Shown here: piece by piece, positions 15,101 to 28,800 of the stretch
Layout: every line of letters starts with the position of its first letter
Numbering within the stretch: the stretch's first letter is position 1
Assembly (NCBI GenBank): GCA_964016885.1
Contig: CAXHJY010000245.1
Span: 1 to 48,000, forward strand
Length of the DNA stretch: 48,000 nt
Direction of reading: 5' to 3'
Source of the DNA: Eledone cirrhosa
Lineage: Eukaryota
Made by a program: the position numbers and the translations under genes
Notes under the pieces: model-generated
What the model was told of the DNA's origin: nothing
Seen by the model: only the letters and a program-made list of their open reading frames with translations
The model's database searches: none

Positions 15101-18100
15101 ACCCAAATAAAAAACGGACCCCCCCCATAAAAAAAACGGGGCACCCAAATAAAAAACGGACCCCCCCCATAAAAAAACGGGGCACCCAAATAAAAAACGG
15201 GGTACCCAAATAAAAAACGGGGTACCCAGATAAAAAACGGACCCCCCTCATAAAAAAACGGGGCACCCAAATAAAAAACGGGGCACCCAAATAAAAAACG
15301 GGGTATCCAAATAAAAAACGGACCCCCCCATAAAAAAAACGGGGCACCCAAATAAAAAACGGACCCCCCATAAAAAAACGTGGCACTCAAATAAAAAACG
15401 GACCCCCCCATAAAAAAACGGGGCACCCAAATAAAAAACGGGGCACCCAAATAAAAAACGGCCCCCTCCATAAAAAAACGGGGCACCCAAATAAAAAACG
15501 GGACCCCCCCATAAAAAACGGGGCACCCAAATAAAAAACGGACCCCCCCATAAAAAAACGGGGCACCCAAATAAAAAACGGACCCCCCCATAAAAAAACG
15601 GGGCACCCAAATAAAAAACGGGGCACCCAAATAAAAAACGGATCCCCCCCATAAAAAAACGGGGCACCCAAATAAAAAACGGACCCCCCACATAAACAAA
15701 AGGGGCACCCAAATAAAAAACGGGGTACCCAAATAAAAAACGGGGTACCCAGATAAAAAACGGACCACCCCCATAAAAAAACGTGGCACCCAAATAAAAA
15801 ACGGGACCCCCCCATAAAAAAACGGGGCACCCAAATAAAAAACGGACCCCCCCCATAAAAAAACGAGGCACCCAAATAAAAAACGCACCCACCCATAAAA
15901 AAACGGGGCACCCAAATAAAAAACGGGTCATCGAAATAAAAAACGGACCCCCCCATAAAAAAACGAGGCACCCAAATAAAAAACGCCCCCACCCATAAAC
16001 AAACGGGGCACCCAAATAAAAAACGGGGTATCCAAATAAAAAACGGACCCCCCCCATAAAAAAACGGGGCACCCAAATAAAAAACGGACACCCCATAAAA
16101 AAAACGGGGCACCCAAATAAAAAACGGACCCCCCCATAAACAAACGGGGCACCCAAATAAAAAACGGGGTATCCAAATAAAAAACGGACCCCCCCATAAA
16201 AAAACGGGGCACCCAAATATAAAACGGGGTACCCAAATAAAAAACGTACCCCCCCATAAAAAAAACGGGGCACCCAAATAAAAAACGGAGTATCCAAATA
16301 AAAAACGGACCCCCCCCATAAAAAAACCGGGTACCCAAATAAAAAACGGGGTATCCAAATAAAAAACGGACCCCCCCATAAAAAAACGGGGGACCCAAAT
16401 AAAAAACGCCCCCCCCCCCCATAAAAAAACGGGTCATCGAAATAAAAAACGGACTCCCCCCATAAAAAAACGAGGCACCCAAATAAAAAACGCACCCACC
16501 CATAAAAAAACGGGGCACCCAAATAAAAAACGGGGTATCCAAATAAAAAGCGGACCCTCCCATAAAAAAACGAGGCACCCAAATAAAAAACGGGGTATCC
16601 AAATAAAAAACGGACATCCCCCATAAAGAAACCGGGTACCCAAATAAAAAACGAGGTATCCAAATAGAAAACGGACCCCCCCATAAAAAAACGGGGGACC
16701 CAAATAAAAAACGGCCCCCCCCATAAAAAGACGGGTCATCGAAATAAAAAACGGACCCCCCCATAAAAAAACGAGGCACCCAAATAAAAAACGCACCCAC
16801 CCATAAAAAACGGGGCACCCAAATAAAAAACGGGGTATCCAAATAAAAAAACGGGGCACCCAAATGAAAAACGGGGCACCCAAATAAAAAACGGACCCCC
16901 CCCCATAAAAAAACGGGGCACCCAAATAAAGAACGGGGTATCCAAATAAAAAAACGGACCCCCCCCATAAAAAAACGGGGCACCCAAATAAAAAACGGAC
17001 ACCCCATAAAAAAAACGGGGCACCCAAATAAAAAACGGACCCCCCCATAAAAAAACGGGGCACCCAAATAAAAAACGGACCACCCCATAAAAAAACGGGG
17101 CACCCAAATAAAAAACGGACCCCCCCCCATAAAAAAACGGGGCACCCAAATAAAAAACGGGACCCCCCCATAAAAAAACGGGGCACCCAAATAAAAAACG
17201 GACCCCCCCATAAAAAAACGGGGCACCCAAATAAAAAACGGACCCCCCCCCCCCTAAAAAAACGGGGCACCGAAATAAAAAACGGGGTACCCAAATAAAA
17301 AACGGACCCCCCCCATAAAAAAACGGGGCACCCAAATAAAAAACGGACCCCCCCATAAAAAAACGGGACACCCAAATAAAAAACGGGGCACCCAAATAAA
17401 AAACGGATCCCCCCATAAAAAAACGGGGCACCCAAATAAAAAACGGACCCCCCCATAAAAAAACGGGGCACCCAAATAAAAAACGGGGCACCCAAATAAA
17501 AAACGGGGTACCCAAATAAAAAACGGGGCACCCAAATAAAAAACGGACCCCCCCATAAAAAAAACGAGGCACCCAAATAAAAAACGGACCCCCCCATAAA
17601 AAAACGGGGCACCCAAATAAAGAACGGGGTACCCAAATAAAAAACGGGGTACCCAGATAAAAAACGGACCCCCCCCATAAAAAAACGGGGCACCCAAATA
17701 AAAAACGGGGCACCCAAATATAAAACGGGGCACCCAAATAAAAAACGGATCCCCCCCATAAAAAAACGGGGCACCCAAATAAAAAACGGGGCACCCAAAT
17801 AAAAAACGGACCCCCCCCATAAAAAAACGGGGCACCCAAATAAAAAACGGCCCCCTCCATAAAAAAACGGGGCACCCAAATAAAAAACGGGGCACCCAAA
17901 TAAAAAACGGACCCCCCCCATAAAAAAACGGGGCACCCAAATAAAAAACGGGGAACCCAAATAAAAAACGGGGTACCCAGATAAAAAACGGACCCCCCCA
18001 TAAAAAAACGGGGCACCCAAATAAAAAACGGACCCCCCCCATAAAAAAACGGGGCACCCAAATAAAAAACGGGGTACCCAAATAAAAAACGGACCCCCCC

Positions 18101-21100
18101 ATAAAAAAACGGGGCACCTAAATAAAAAACGGGACCCCCCCATAAAAAAACGGGGCACCCAAATAAAAAACGGACCCCCCCATAAAAAAACGGGGCACCC
18201 AAATAAAAAACGGACCCCCCCATAAAAAAACGGGGCACCCAAATAAAAAACGGGGCACCCAAATAAAAAACGGATCCCCCCCATAAAAAAACGGGGCACC
18301 CAAATAAAAAACGGGGCACCCAAATAAAAAACGGACCCCCCCATAAAAAATGGGGCACCGAAATAAAAAACGGACCCCCCCCCCATAAAAAAACGGGGCA
18401 CCCAAATAAAAAACGGGACCCCCTCATAAAAAAACCGGACACCCAAATAAAAAACGGGGCACCCAAATAAAAAACGGACCCCCCCCCATAAAAAAACGGT
18501 GCACCCAAATAAAAAACGGGGTACCCAAATAAAAAACGGGGTACCCAGATAAAAAACGGACCCCCCCATAAAAAAACGGGACACCCAAATAAAAAACGGA
18601 CCCCCCCATAAAAAAACGGGGCACCCAAATAAAAAACGGGGTACCCAAATAAAAAACGGACCCCCCCCATAAAAAAACGGAGCACCCAAATAAAAAACGG
18701 ACCCCCCCCATAAAAAAACGGGGCACCCAAATAAAAAACGGACCCCCCCATAAAAAAACGGGGCACCCAAATAAAAAACGGGGTACCCAAATAAAAAACG
18801 GACCCCCCCCATAAAAAAACGGGGCACCCAAATAAAAAACGGGACCCCCCCCATAAAAAAACGGGGCACCCAAATAAAAAACGGACCCCCCCCATAAAAA
18901 AACGGGGCACCCAAATAAAAAACGGACCCCCCCATAAAAAAACGGGGCACCCAAATAAAAAACGGGGTACCCAAATAAAAAACGGGGCACCCAAATAAAA
19001 AACGGACCCCCCCCATAAAAAAACGGGGCACCCAAATAAAAAACGGGGCACCCAAATAAAAAACGGACCCCCCCCATAAAAAAAACGGGGCACCCAAATA
19101 AAAAACGGACCCCGCCATAAAAAAACGGGGCACCCAAATAAAAAACGGGGTACCCAAATAAAAAACGGGGTACCCAGATAAAAAACGGACCCCCCCCATA
19201 AAAAAACGGGGCACCCAAATAAAAAACGGGGCACCCAAATATAAAACGGGGCACCCAAATAAAAAACGGGGCACCCAAATAAAAAACGGACCCCCCCCCA
19301 TAAAAAAACGGGGCACCCAAATAAAAAACGGACCCCCCCATAAAAAAACGGGGCACCCAAATAAAAAACGGGGCACCCAAATAAAAAACGGACCCCCCAT
19401 AAAAAAACGGGACACCCAAATAAAAAACGGGGCACCCAAATAAAAAACGGATCCCCCCATAAAAAAACGGGACACCCAAATAAAAAACGGGACCCCCCCA
19501 TAAAAAAACGGGGCACCCAAATAAAAAACGGACCCCCCCCATAAAAAAACGGGGCACCCAAATAAAAAACGGGACCCCCCCATAAAAAAACGGGGCACCC
19601 AAATAAAAAACGGACCCTCCCCATAAAAAAACGGGGCACCCAAATAAAAAACGGGGTACCCAAATAAAAAACGGACCCCCCCCATAAAAAAACGGGGCAC
19701 CCAAATAAAAAACGGGACCCCCCCATAAAAAAACGGGGCACCCAAATAAAAAACGGACCCCCCCCATAAAAAAACGGGTCACCCAAATAAAAAACGGACC
19801 CCCCCCATAAAAAAACGGGGCACCCAAATAAAAAACGGGGTACCCAAATAAAAAACGGACCCCCCCCATAAAAAAACGGGGCACCCAAATAAAAAACGGA
19901 CCCCCCCCATAAAAAAACGGGACACCCAAATAAAAAACGGGGCACCCAAATAAAAAACAGATCCCCCCATAAAAAAACGGGGCACCCAAATAAAAAACGG
20001 ACCCCCCCATAAAAAAAACGGGGCACCCAAATAAAAAACGGGGCACCCAAATAAAAAACGGGGTACCCAAATAAAAAACGGACCCCCCCCATAAAAAAAA
20101 CGGGGCACCCAAATAAAAAACGGACCCCCCCCATAAAAAAACGAGGCACCCAAATAAAAAACGCACCCACCCATAAAAAAACGGGGCACCCAAATAAAAA
20201 ACGGGTCATCGAAATAAAAAACGGACCCCCCCATAAAAAAACGAGGCACCCAAATAAAAAACGCCCCCACCCATAAACAAACGGGGCACCCAAATAAAAA
20301 ACGGGGTATCCAAATAAAAAACGGACCCCCCCCATAAAAAAACGGGGCACCCAAATAAAAAACGGACACCCCATAAAAAAAACGGGGCACCCAAATAAAA
20401 AACGGACCCCCCCATAAACAAACGGGGCACCCAAATAAAAAACGGGGTATCCAAATAAAAAACGGACCCCCCCATAAAAAAACGGGGCACCCAAATATAA
20501 AACGGGGTACCCAAATAAAAAACGTACCCCCCCATAAAAAAAACGGGGCACCCAAATAAAAAACGGAGTATCCAAATAAAAAACGGACCCCCCCCATAAA
20601 AAAACCGGGTACCCAAATAAAAAACGGGGTATCCAAATAAAAAACGGACCCCCCATAAAAAAACGGGGGACCCAAATAAAAAACGCCCCCCCCCATAAAA
20701 AAACGGGTCATCGAAATAAAAAACGGACTCCCCCCATAAAAAAACGAGGCACCCAAATAAAAAACGCACCCACCCATAAAAAAACGGGGCACCCAAATAA
20801 AAAACGGGGTATCCAAATAAAAAGCGGACCCTCCCATAAAAAAACGAGGCACCCAAATAAAAAACGGACCCCCCCCATAAAAAAACGGGGCACCGAAATA
20901 AAAAACGGACCTCCCCCATAAAAAAACGGGGCACCCAAATAAATAACGGGATACCCAAATAACCCCCCCCATAAAAAAACGGGGCACCCAAATAAAAAAC
21001 GGACCCCCACATAAAAAAACGGGGCACCCAAATAAAAACGGACCCCCCCATAAAAAAACGGGGCACCCAAATAAAAAACGGGGTATCCAAATAAAAAACG

Positions 21101-24100
21101 GACATCCCCCATAAAGAAACCGGGTACCCAAATAAAAAACGAGGTATCCAAATAGAAAACGGACCCCCCCATAAAAAAACGGGGGACCCAAATAAAAAAC
21201 GGCCCCCCCCATAAAAAGACGGGTCATCGAAATAAAAAACGGACCCCCCCATAAAAAAACGAGGCACCCAAATAAAAAACGCACCCACCCATAAAAAACG
21301 GGGCACCCAAATAAAAAACGGGGTATCCAAATAAAAAAACGGGGCACCCAAATGAAAAACGGGGCACCCAAATAAAAAACGGACCCCCCCCCCATAAAAA
21401 AACGGGGCACCCAAATAAAGAACGGGGTATCCAAATAAAAAAACGGACCCCCCCCATAAAAAAACGGGGCACCCAAATAAAAAACGGACACCCCATAAAA
21501 AAAACGGGGCACCCAAATAAAAAACGGACCCCCCCATAAAAAAAACGGGGCACCCAAATAAAAAACGGACCACCCCATAAAAAAACGGGGCACCCAAATA
21601 AAAAACGGACCCCCCCCCATAAAAAAACGGGGCACCCAAATAAAAAACGGACCCCCCCCCCATAAAAAAACGGGGCACCCAAATAAAAAACGGGACCCCC
21701 CCATAAAAAAACGGGGCACCCAAATAAAAAACGGACCCCCCCCATAAAAAAACGGGGCACCCAAATAAAAAACGGACCCCCCCCCCCTAAAAAAACGGGG
21801 CACCGAAATAAAAAACGGGGTACCCAAATAAAAAACGGACCCCCCCCATAAAAAAACGGGGCACCCAAATAAAAAACGGACCCCCCCATAAAAAAACGGG
21901 ACACCCAAATAAAAAACGGGGCACCCAAATAAAAAACGGATCCCCCCATAAAAAAACGGGGCACCCAAATAAAAAACGGACCCCCCCATAAAAAAACGGG
22001 GCACCCAAATAAAAAACGGGGCACCCAAATAAAAAACGGGGTACCCAAATAAAAAACGGGGCACCCAAATAAAAAACGGACCCCCCCATAAAAAAAACGA
22101 GGCACCCAAATAAAAAACGGACCCCCCCATAAAAAAACGGGGCACCCAAATAAAGAACGGGGTACCCAAATAAAAAACGGGGTACCCAGATAAAAAACGG
22201 ACCCCCCCCATAAAAAAACGGGGCACCCAAATAAAAAACGGGGCACCCAAATATAAAACGGGGCACCCAAATAAAAAACGGATCCCCCCATAAAAAAACG
22301 GGGCACCCAAATAAAAAACGGGGCACCCAAATAAAAAACGGACCCCCCCCATAAAAAAACGGGGCACCCAAATAAAAAACGGCCCCCTCCATAAAAAAAC
22401 GGGGCACCCAAATAAAAAACGGGGCACCCAAATAAAAAACGGACCCCCCCCATAAAAAAAACGGGGCACCCAAATAAAAAACGGGGAACCCAAATAAAAA
22501 ACGGGGTACCCAGATAAAAAACGGACCCCCCCATAAAAAAACGGGGCACCCAAATAAAAAACGGACCCCCCCCATAAAAAAACGGGGCACCAAATAAAAA
22601 ACGGGGTACCCAAATAAAAAACGGACCCCCCCATAAAAAAACGGGGCACCTAAATAAAAAACGGGACCCCCCCATAAAAAAACGGGGCACCCAAATAAAA
22701 AACGGACCCCCCCATAAAAAAACGGGGCACCCAAATAAAAAACGGACCCCCCCATAAAAAAACGGGGCACCCAAATAAAAAACGGGGCACCCAAATAAAA
22801 AACGGATCCCCCCCATAAAAAAACGGGGCACCCAAATAAAAAACGGGGCACCCAAATAAAAAACGGACCCCCCCATAAAAAATGGGGCACCGAAATAAAA
22901 AACGGACCCCCCCCCCCATAAAAAAACGGGGCACCCAAATAAAAAACGGGACCCCCTCATAAAAAAACCGGACACCCAAATAAAAAACGGGGCACCCAAA
23001 TAAAAAACGGACCCCCCCCCATAAAAAAACGGTGCACCCAAATAAAAAACGGTGTACCCAAATAAAAAACGGGGTACCCAGATAAAAAACGGACCCCCCC
23101 ATAAAAAAACGGGACACCCAAATAAAAAACGGACCCCCCCATAAAAAAACGGGGCACCCAAATAAAAAACGGGGTACCCAAATAAAAAACGGACCCCCCC
23201 CATAAAAAAACGGAGCACCCAAATAAAAAACGGACCCCCCCCATAAAAAAACGGGGCACCCAAATAAAAAACGGACCCCCCCATAAAAAAACGGGGCACC
23301 CAAATAAAAAACGGGGTACCCAAATAAAAAACGGACCCCCCCCATAAAAAAACGGGGCACCCAAATAAAAAACGGGACCCCCCCATAAAAAAACGGGGCA
23401 CCCAAATAAAAAACGGACCCCCCCCATAAAAAAACGGGGCACCCAAATAAAAAACGGACCCCCCCATAAAAAAACGGGGCACCCAAATAAAAAACGGGGT
23501 ACCCAAATAAAAAACGGGGCACCCAAATAAAAAACGGACCCCCCCATAAAAAAACGGGGCACCCAAATAAAAAACGGGGCACCCAAATAAAAAACGGACC
23601 CCCCCCATAAAAAAAACGGGGCACCCAAATAAAAAACGGACCCCGCCATAAAAAAACGGGGCACCCAAATAAAAAACGGGGTACCCAAATAAAAAACGGG
23701 GTACCCAGATAAAAAACGGACCCCCCCCCATAAAAAAACGGGGCACCCAAATAAAAAACGGGGCACCCAAATATAAAACGGGGCACCCAAATAAAAAACG
23801 GGGCACCCAAATAAAAAACGGGACCCCCTCATAAAAAAACCGGACACCCAAATAAAAAACGGGGCACCCAAATAAAAAACGGACCCCCCCCCATAAAAAA
23901 ACGGTGCACCCAAATAAAAAACGGTGTACCCAAATAAAAAACGGGGTACCCAGATAAAAAACGGACCCCCCCATAAAAAAACGGGACACCCAAATAAAAA
24001 ACGGACCCCCCCATAAAAAAACGGGGCACCCAAATAAAAAACGGGGTACCCAAATAAAAAACGGACCCCCCCCATAAAAAAACGGAGCACCCAAATAAAA

Positions 24101-25850
24101 AACGGACCCCCCCCATAAAAAAACGGGGCACCCAAATAAAAAACGGACCCCCCCATAAAAAAACGGGGCACCCAAATAAAAAACGGGGTACCCAAATAAA
24201 AAACGGACCCCCCCCATAAAAAAACGGGGCACCCAAATAAAAAACGGGACCCCCCCATAAAAAAACGGGGCACCCAAATAAAAAACGGACCCCCCCCATA
24301 AAAAAACGGGGCACCCAAATAAAAAACGGACCCCCCCATAAAAAAACGGGGCACCCAAATAAAAAACGGGGTACCCAAATAAAAAACGGGGCACCCAAAT
24401 AAAAAACGGACCCCCCCCATAAAAAAACGGGGCACCCAAATAAAAAACGGGGCACCCAAATAAAAAACGGACCCCCCCCATAAAAAAAACGGGGCACCCA
24501 AATAAAAAACGGACCCCGCCATAAAAAAACGGGGCACCCAAATAAAAAACGGGGTACCCAAATAAAAAACGGGGTACCCAGATAAAAAACGGACCCCCCC
24601 CATAAAAAAACGGGGCACCCAAATAAAAAACGGGGCACCCAAATATAAAACGGGGCACCCAAATAAAAAACGGGGCACCCAAATAAAAAACGGACCCCCC
24701 CCCATAAAAAAACGGGGCACCCAAATAAAAAACGGGGCACCCAAATATAAAACGGGGCACCCAAATAAAAAACGGGGCACCCAAATAAAAAACGGACCCC
24801 CCCCCATAAAAAAACGGGGCACCCAAATAAAAAACGGACCCCCCCATAAAAAAACGGGGCACCCAAATAAAAAACGGGGCACCCAAATAAAAAACGGACC
24901 CCCCATAAAAAAACGGGACACCCAAATAAAAAACGGGGCACCCAAATAAAAAACGGATCCCCCCATAAAAAAACGGGACACCCAAATAAAAAACGGGACC
25001 CCCCCATAAAAAAACGGGGCACCCAAATAAAAAACGGACCCCCCCCATAAAAAAACGGGGCACCCAAATAAAAAACGGGACCCCCCCATAAAAAAACGGG
25101 GCACCCAAATAAAAAACGGACCCTCCCCATAAAAAAACGGGGCACCCAAATAAAAAACGGGGTACCCAAATAAAAAACGGACCCCCCCCATAAAAAAACG
25201 GGGCACCCAAATAAAAAACGGGACCCCCCCATAAAAAAACGGGGCACCCAAATAAAAAACGGACCCCCCCCATAAAAAAACGGGTCACCCAAATAAAAAA
25301 CGGACCCCCCCCCATAAAAAAACGGGGCACCCAAATAAAAAACGGGGTACCCAAATAAAAAACGGACCCCCCCATAAAAAAACGGGGCACCCAAATAAAA
25401 AACGGACCCCCCCCATAAAAAAACGGGACACCCAAATAAAAAACGGGGCACCCAAATAAAAAACAGATCCCCCCATAAAAAAACGGGGCACCCAAATAAA
25501 AAACGGACCCCCCCATAAAAAAACGGGGCACCCAAATAAAAAACGGGGCACCCAAATAAAAAACGGGGTACCCAAATAAAAAACGGACCCCCCCCATAAA
25601 AAAAACGGGGCACCCAAATAAAAAACGGACCCCCCCCATAAAAAAACGGGGCACCCAAATAATAAACGGGGTACCCAAATAAAAAACGGGGTACCCAGAT
25701 AAAAAACGGACCCCCCTCATAAAAAAACGGGGCACCCAAATAAAAAACGGGGCACCCAAATAAAAAACGGGGTATCCAAATAAAAAACGGACCCCCCCCA
25801 TAAAAAAAACGGGGCACCCAAATAAAAAACGGACCCCCCATAAAAAAACG
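10450..25850 (+). repeat. Higher-order repeat, ~4.3-5.5-kb period, three copies
   Basis: AAAAAGACGGGTCATCG (G at 11951/16730/21218), GGGGAACCC 13007/17950/22483, GCACCTAAAT (ORF-track stops 13175/18118/22650), CAGATCCCC 14995/19958/25464. Confidence 0.88.
22940..24690 (+). repeat. Local ~872-bp tandem duplication inside the third large unit
   Basis: Private variant GGTGTACCC at 23051/23923, CCCTCATAAAAAAACCGGACACCC (stops 22957/23829), GGACCCCGCC 23638/24511. Confidence 0.88.
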
Positions 25851-28800
25851 TGGCACTCAAATAAAAAACGGACCCCCCCATAAAAAAACGGGGCACCCAA
25901 ATAAAAAACGGGGCACCCAAATAAAAAACGGCCCCCCCCCATAAAAAAACGGGGCACCCAAATAAAAAACGGGGTACCCAAATAAAAAATGGACCCCCCA
26001 TAAAAAAACGGGGCACCCAAATAAAAAACGGGGTATCCAAATAAAAAAATGGCCCCCCCTCATAAAAAAACGGGGCACCCAAATAAAAAACGGACCCCCC
26101 CATAAAAAAACGGGGCACCCAAATAAAAAACGGGGTATCCAAATAAAAAACGGACCCCCCCCATAAAAAAACGGAGCACCCAAATAAAAAACGGGGTACC
26201 CAAATAAAAAACGGACCCCCCCCCATAAAAAAACGGGGCACCCAAATAAAAAACGGGGTATCCAAATAAAAAACTGACCCCCCCCATAAAAAAACGGGGC
26301 ACCCAAATAAAAAACGGACCCCCCCATAATAAAACGGGGCACCCAAATAAAAAACGGGGCACCCAAATAAAAAACGGACCCCCCATAAAAAAACGGGGCA
26401 CCCAAATATAAAACGGGGTACCCAAATAAAAAACGTACCCCCCCCCATAAAAAAACGGGGCACCCAAATAAAAAACGGGGTATCCAAATAAAAAACGGAC
26501 CCCCCCCATAAAAAAACGGGGCACCCAAATAAAAAACGGGGTACCCAAATAAAAAACGTACCCCCCCCCATAAAAAACGGGGTACCCAAATAAAAAACGT
26601 ACCCCCCCCATAAAAAAAAACCGGGCACCCAAATAAAAAACGGAGTATCCAAATAAAAAACGGACCCCCCCCATAAAAAAACCGGGTACCCAAATAAAAA
26701 ACGAGGTATCCAAATAGAAAACGGACCCCCCCATAAAAAAACGGGGGACCCAAATAAAAAACGGCCCCCCCCCATAAAAAAACGGGTCATCGAAATAAAA
26801 AACGGACCCCCCCATAAAAAAACGAGGCACCCAAATAAAAAACGCACCCACCCATAAAAAAACGGGGCACCCAAATAAAAAACGGGGTATCCAAATAAAA
26901 AAACGGGGCACAAAAATGAAAAACGGGGCACCCAAATAAAAAACGGACCCCCCATTAGAAAACGGGGCACCCAAATAAAAAACGGACCCCCCCCCCATAA
27001 AAAAACGGGGCACCCAAATAAAGAACGGGGTATCCAAATAAAAAACGGACCCCCCCATAAAAAAACGGGGCACCCAAATAAAAAACGGACCCCCCCATAA
27101 AAAAACGGGGCACCCAAATAAAAAACGGGGTATCCAAATAAAAAACGGACCCCCCCATAAAAAAACGGGGCACCCAAATAAAAAACGGGGTACCCAAATA
27201 AAAAAACGGACCCCCCATAAAAAAACGGGGCCCCCAAATAAAAAACGGGGTATCCAAATAAAAAACGGACCCCCCCCCCATAAAAAAACGGGGCACCCAA
27301 ATAAAAAACGGACACCCCATAAAAAAAACGGGGCACCCAAATAAAAAACGGACCCCCCCATAAAAAAACGGGGTACCCAAATAAAAAACGGACCACCCCA
27401 TAAAAAAACGGGGCACCCAAATAAAAAACGTACCCCCCCATAAAAAAACGGGGCACCCAAATAAAAAACGGACCCCCCCATAAAAAAACGGGGCACCCAA
27501 ATAAAAAACGGACCCCCCCATAAAAAAACGGGGCACCCAAATAAAAAACGGACCCCCCCCATTAAAAAAACGGGGCACCCAAATAAAAAACGGGGTATCC
27601 AAATAAAAAACGGACCGCGCCCATAAAAAAACGGGGGACCCAAATAAAAAACGGGGCACCCAAATAAAAAACGGGGCACCCAAATAAAAAACGGTACACC
27701 CAAATAAAAAACGGACCACCTCCATAAATAAACGGGGCACCCAAATAAAAAACGGGGTACCCAAATAAAAAACGGGGTACCCAGATAAAAAACGGACCCC
27801 CCCATAAAAAAACGGGGCACCGAAATAAAAAACGGACCACCCCCATAAAAAAAGGGGCACCCAAATAAAAAACGGAGTATCCAAATAAAAAACGGACCCC
27901 CCCCCATAAAAAAACCGGGTACCCAAATAAAAAACGGGTCATCGAAATAAAAAACGGACCCCCCCATAAAAAAACGAGGCACCCAAATAAAAAACGCACC
28001 CACCCATAAAAAAACGGGGCACCCAAATAAGAAACGTGGTATCCAAATAAAAAAACGGGGCACCCAAATGAAAAACGGGGCACCCAAATAAAAAACGGAC
28101 CCCCCCATAAGAAAACGGGGCACCCAAATAAAAAACGGACCCCCCCCCATAAAAAAACGGGGCACCCAAATAAAGAACGGGGTATCCAAATAAAAAACGG
28201 ACCCCCCCATAAAAAAACGGGGCACCCAAATAAAAAACTGACCCCCCCATAAAAAAACGGGGCACCCAAATAAAAAACGGGGTACCCAAATAAAAAATGG
28301 ACCACCCCATAAAAAAACGGGGCACCCAAATAAAAAACGGGGTATCCAAATAAAAAACGAACCCCCCCATAAAAAAACGGGGCACCCAAATAAATAACGG
28401 GGTACCCAAATAAAAAAACGGACCCCCCATAAAAAAACGGGGCACCCAAATAAAAAACGGGGTATCCAAATAAAAAACGGACCCCCCCCCATAAAAAAAC
28501 GGGGCACCCAAATAAAAAACGGACACCCCATAAAAAAAACGGGGCACCCAAATAAAAAACGGACCCCCCCATAAACAAACGGGGCACCCAAATAAAAAAC
28601 GGGGTATCCAAATAAAAAACGGACCCCCCCATAAAAAAACGGGGCACCCAAATATAAAACGGGGTACCCAAATAAAAAACGTACCCCCCCATAAAAAAAA
28701 CGGGGCACCCAAATAAAAAACGGAGTATCCAAATAAAAAACGGACCCCCCCCATAAAAAAAACCGGGTACCCAAATAAAAAACGGGGTATCCAAATAAAA

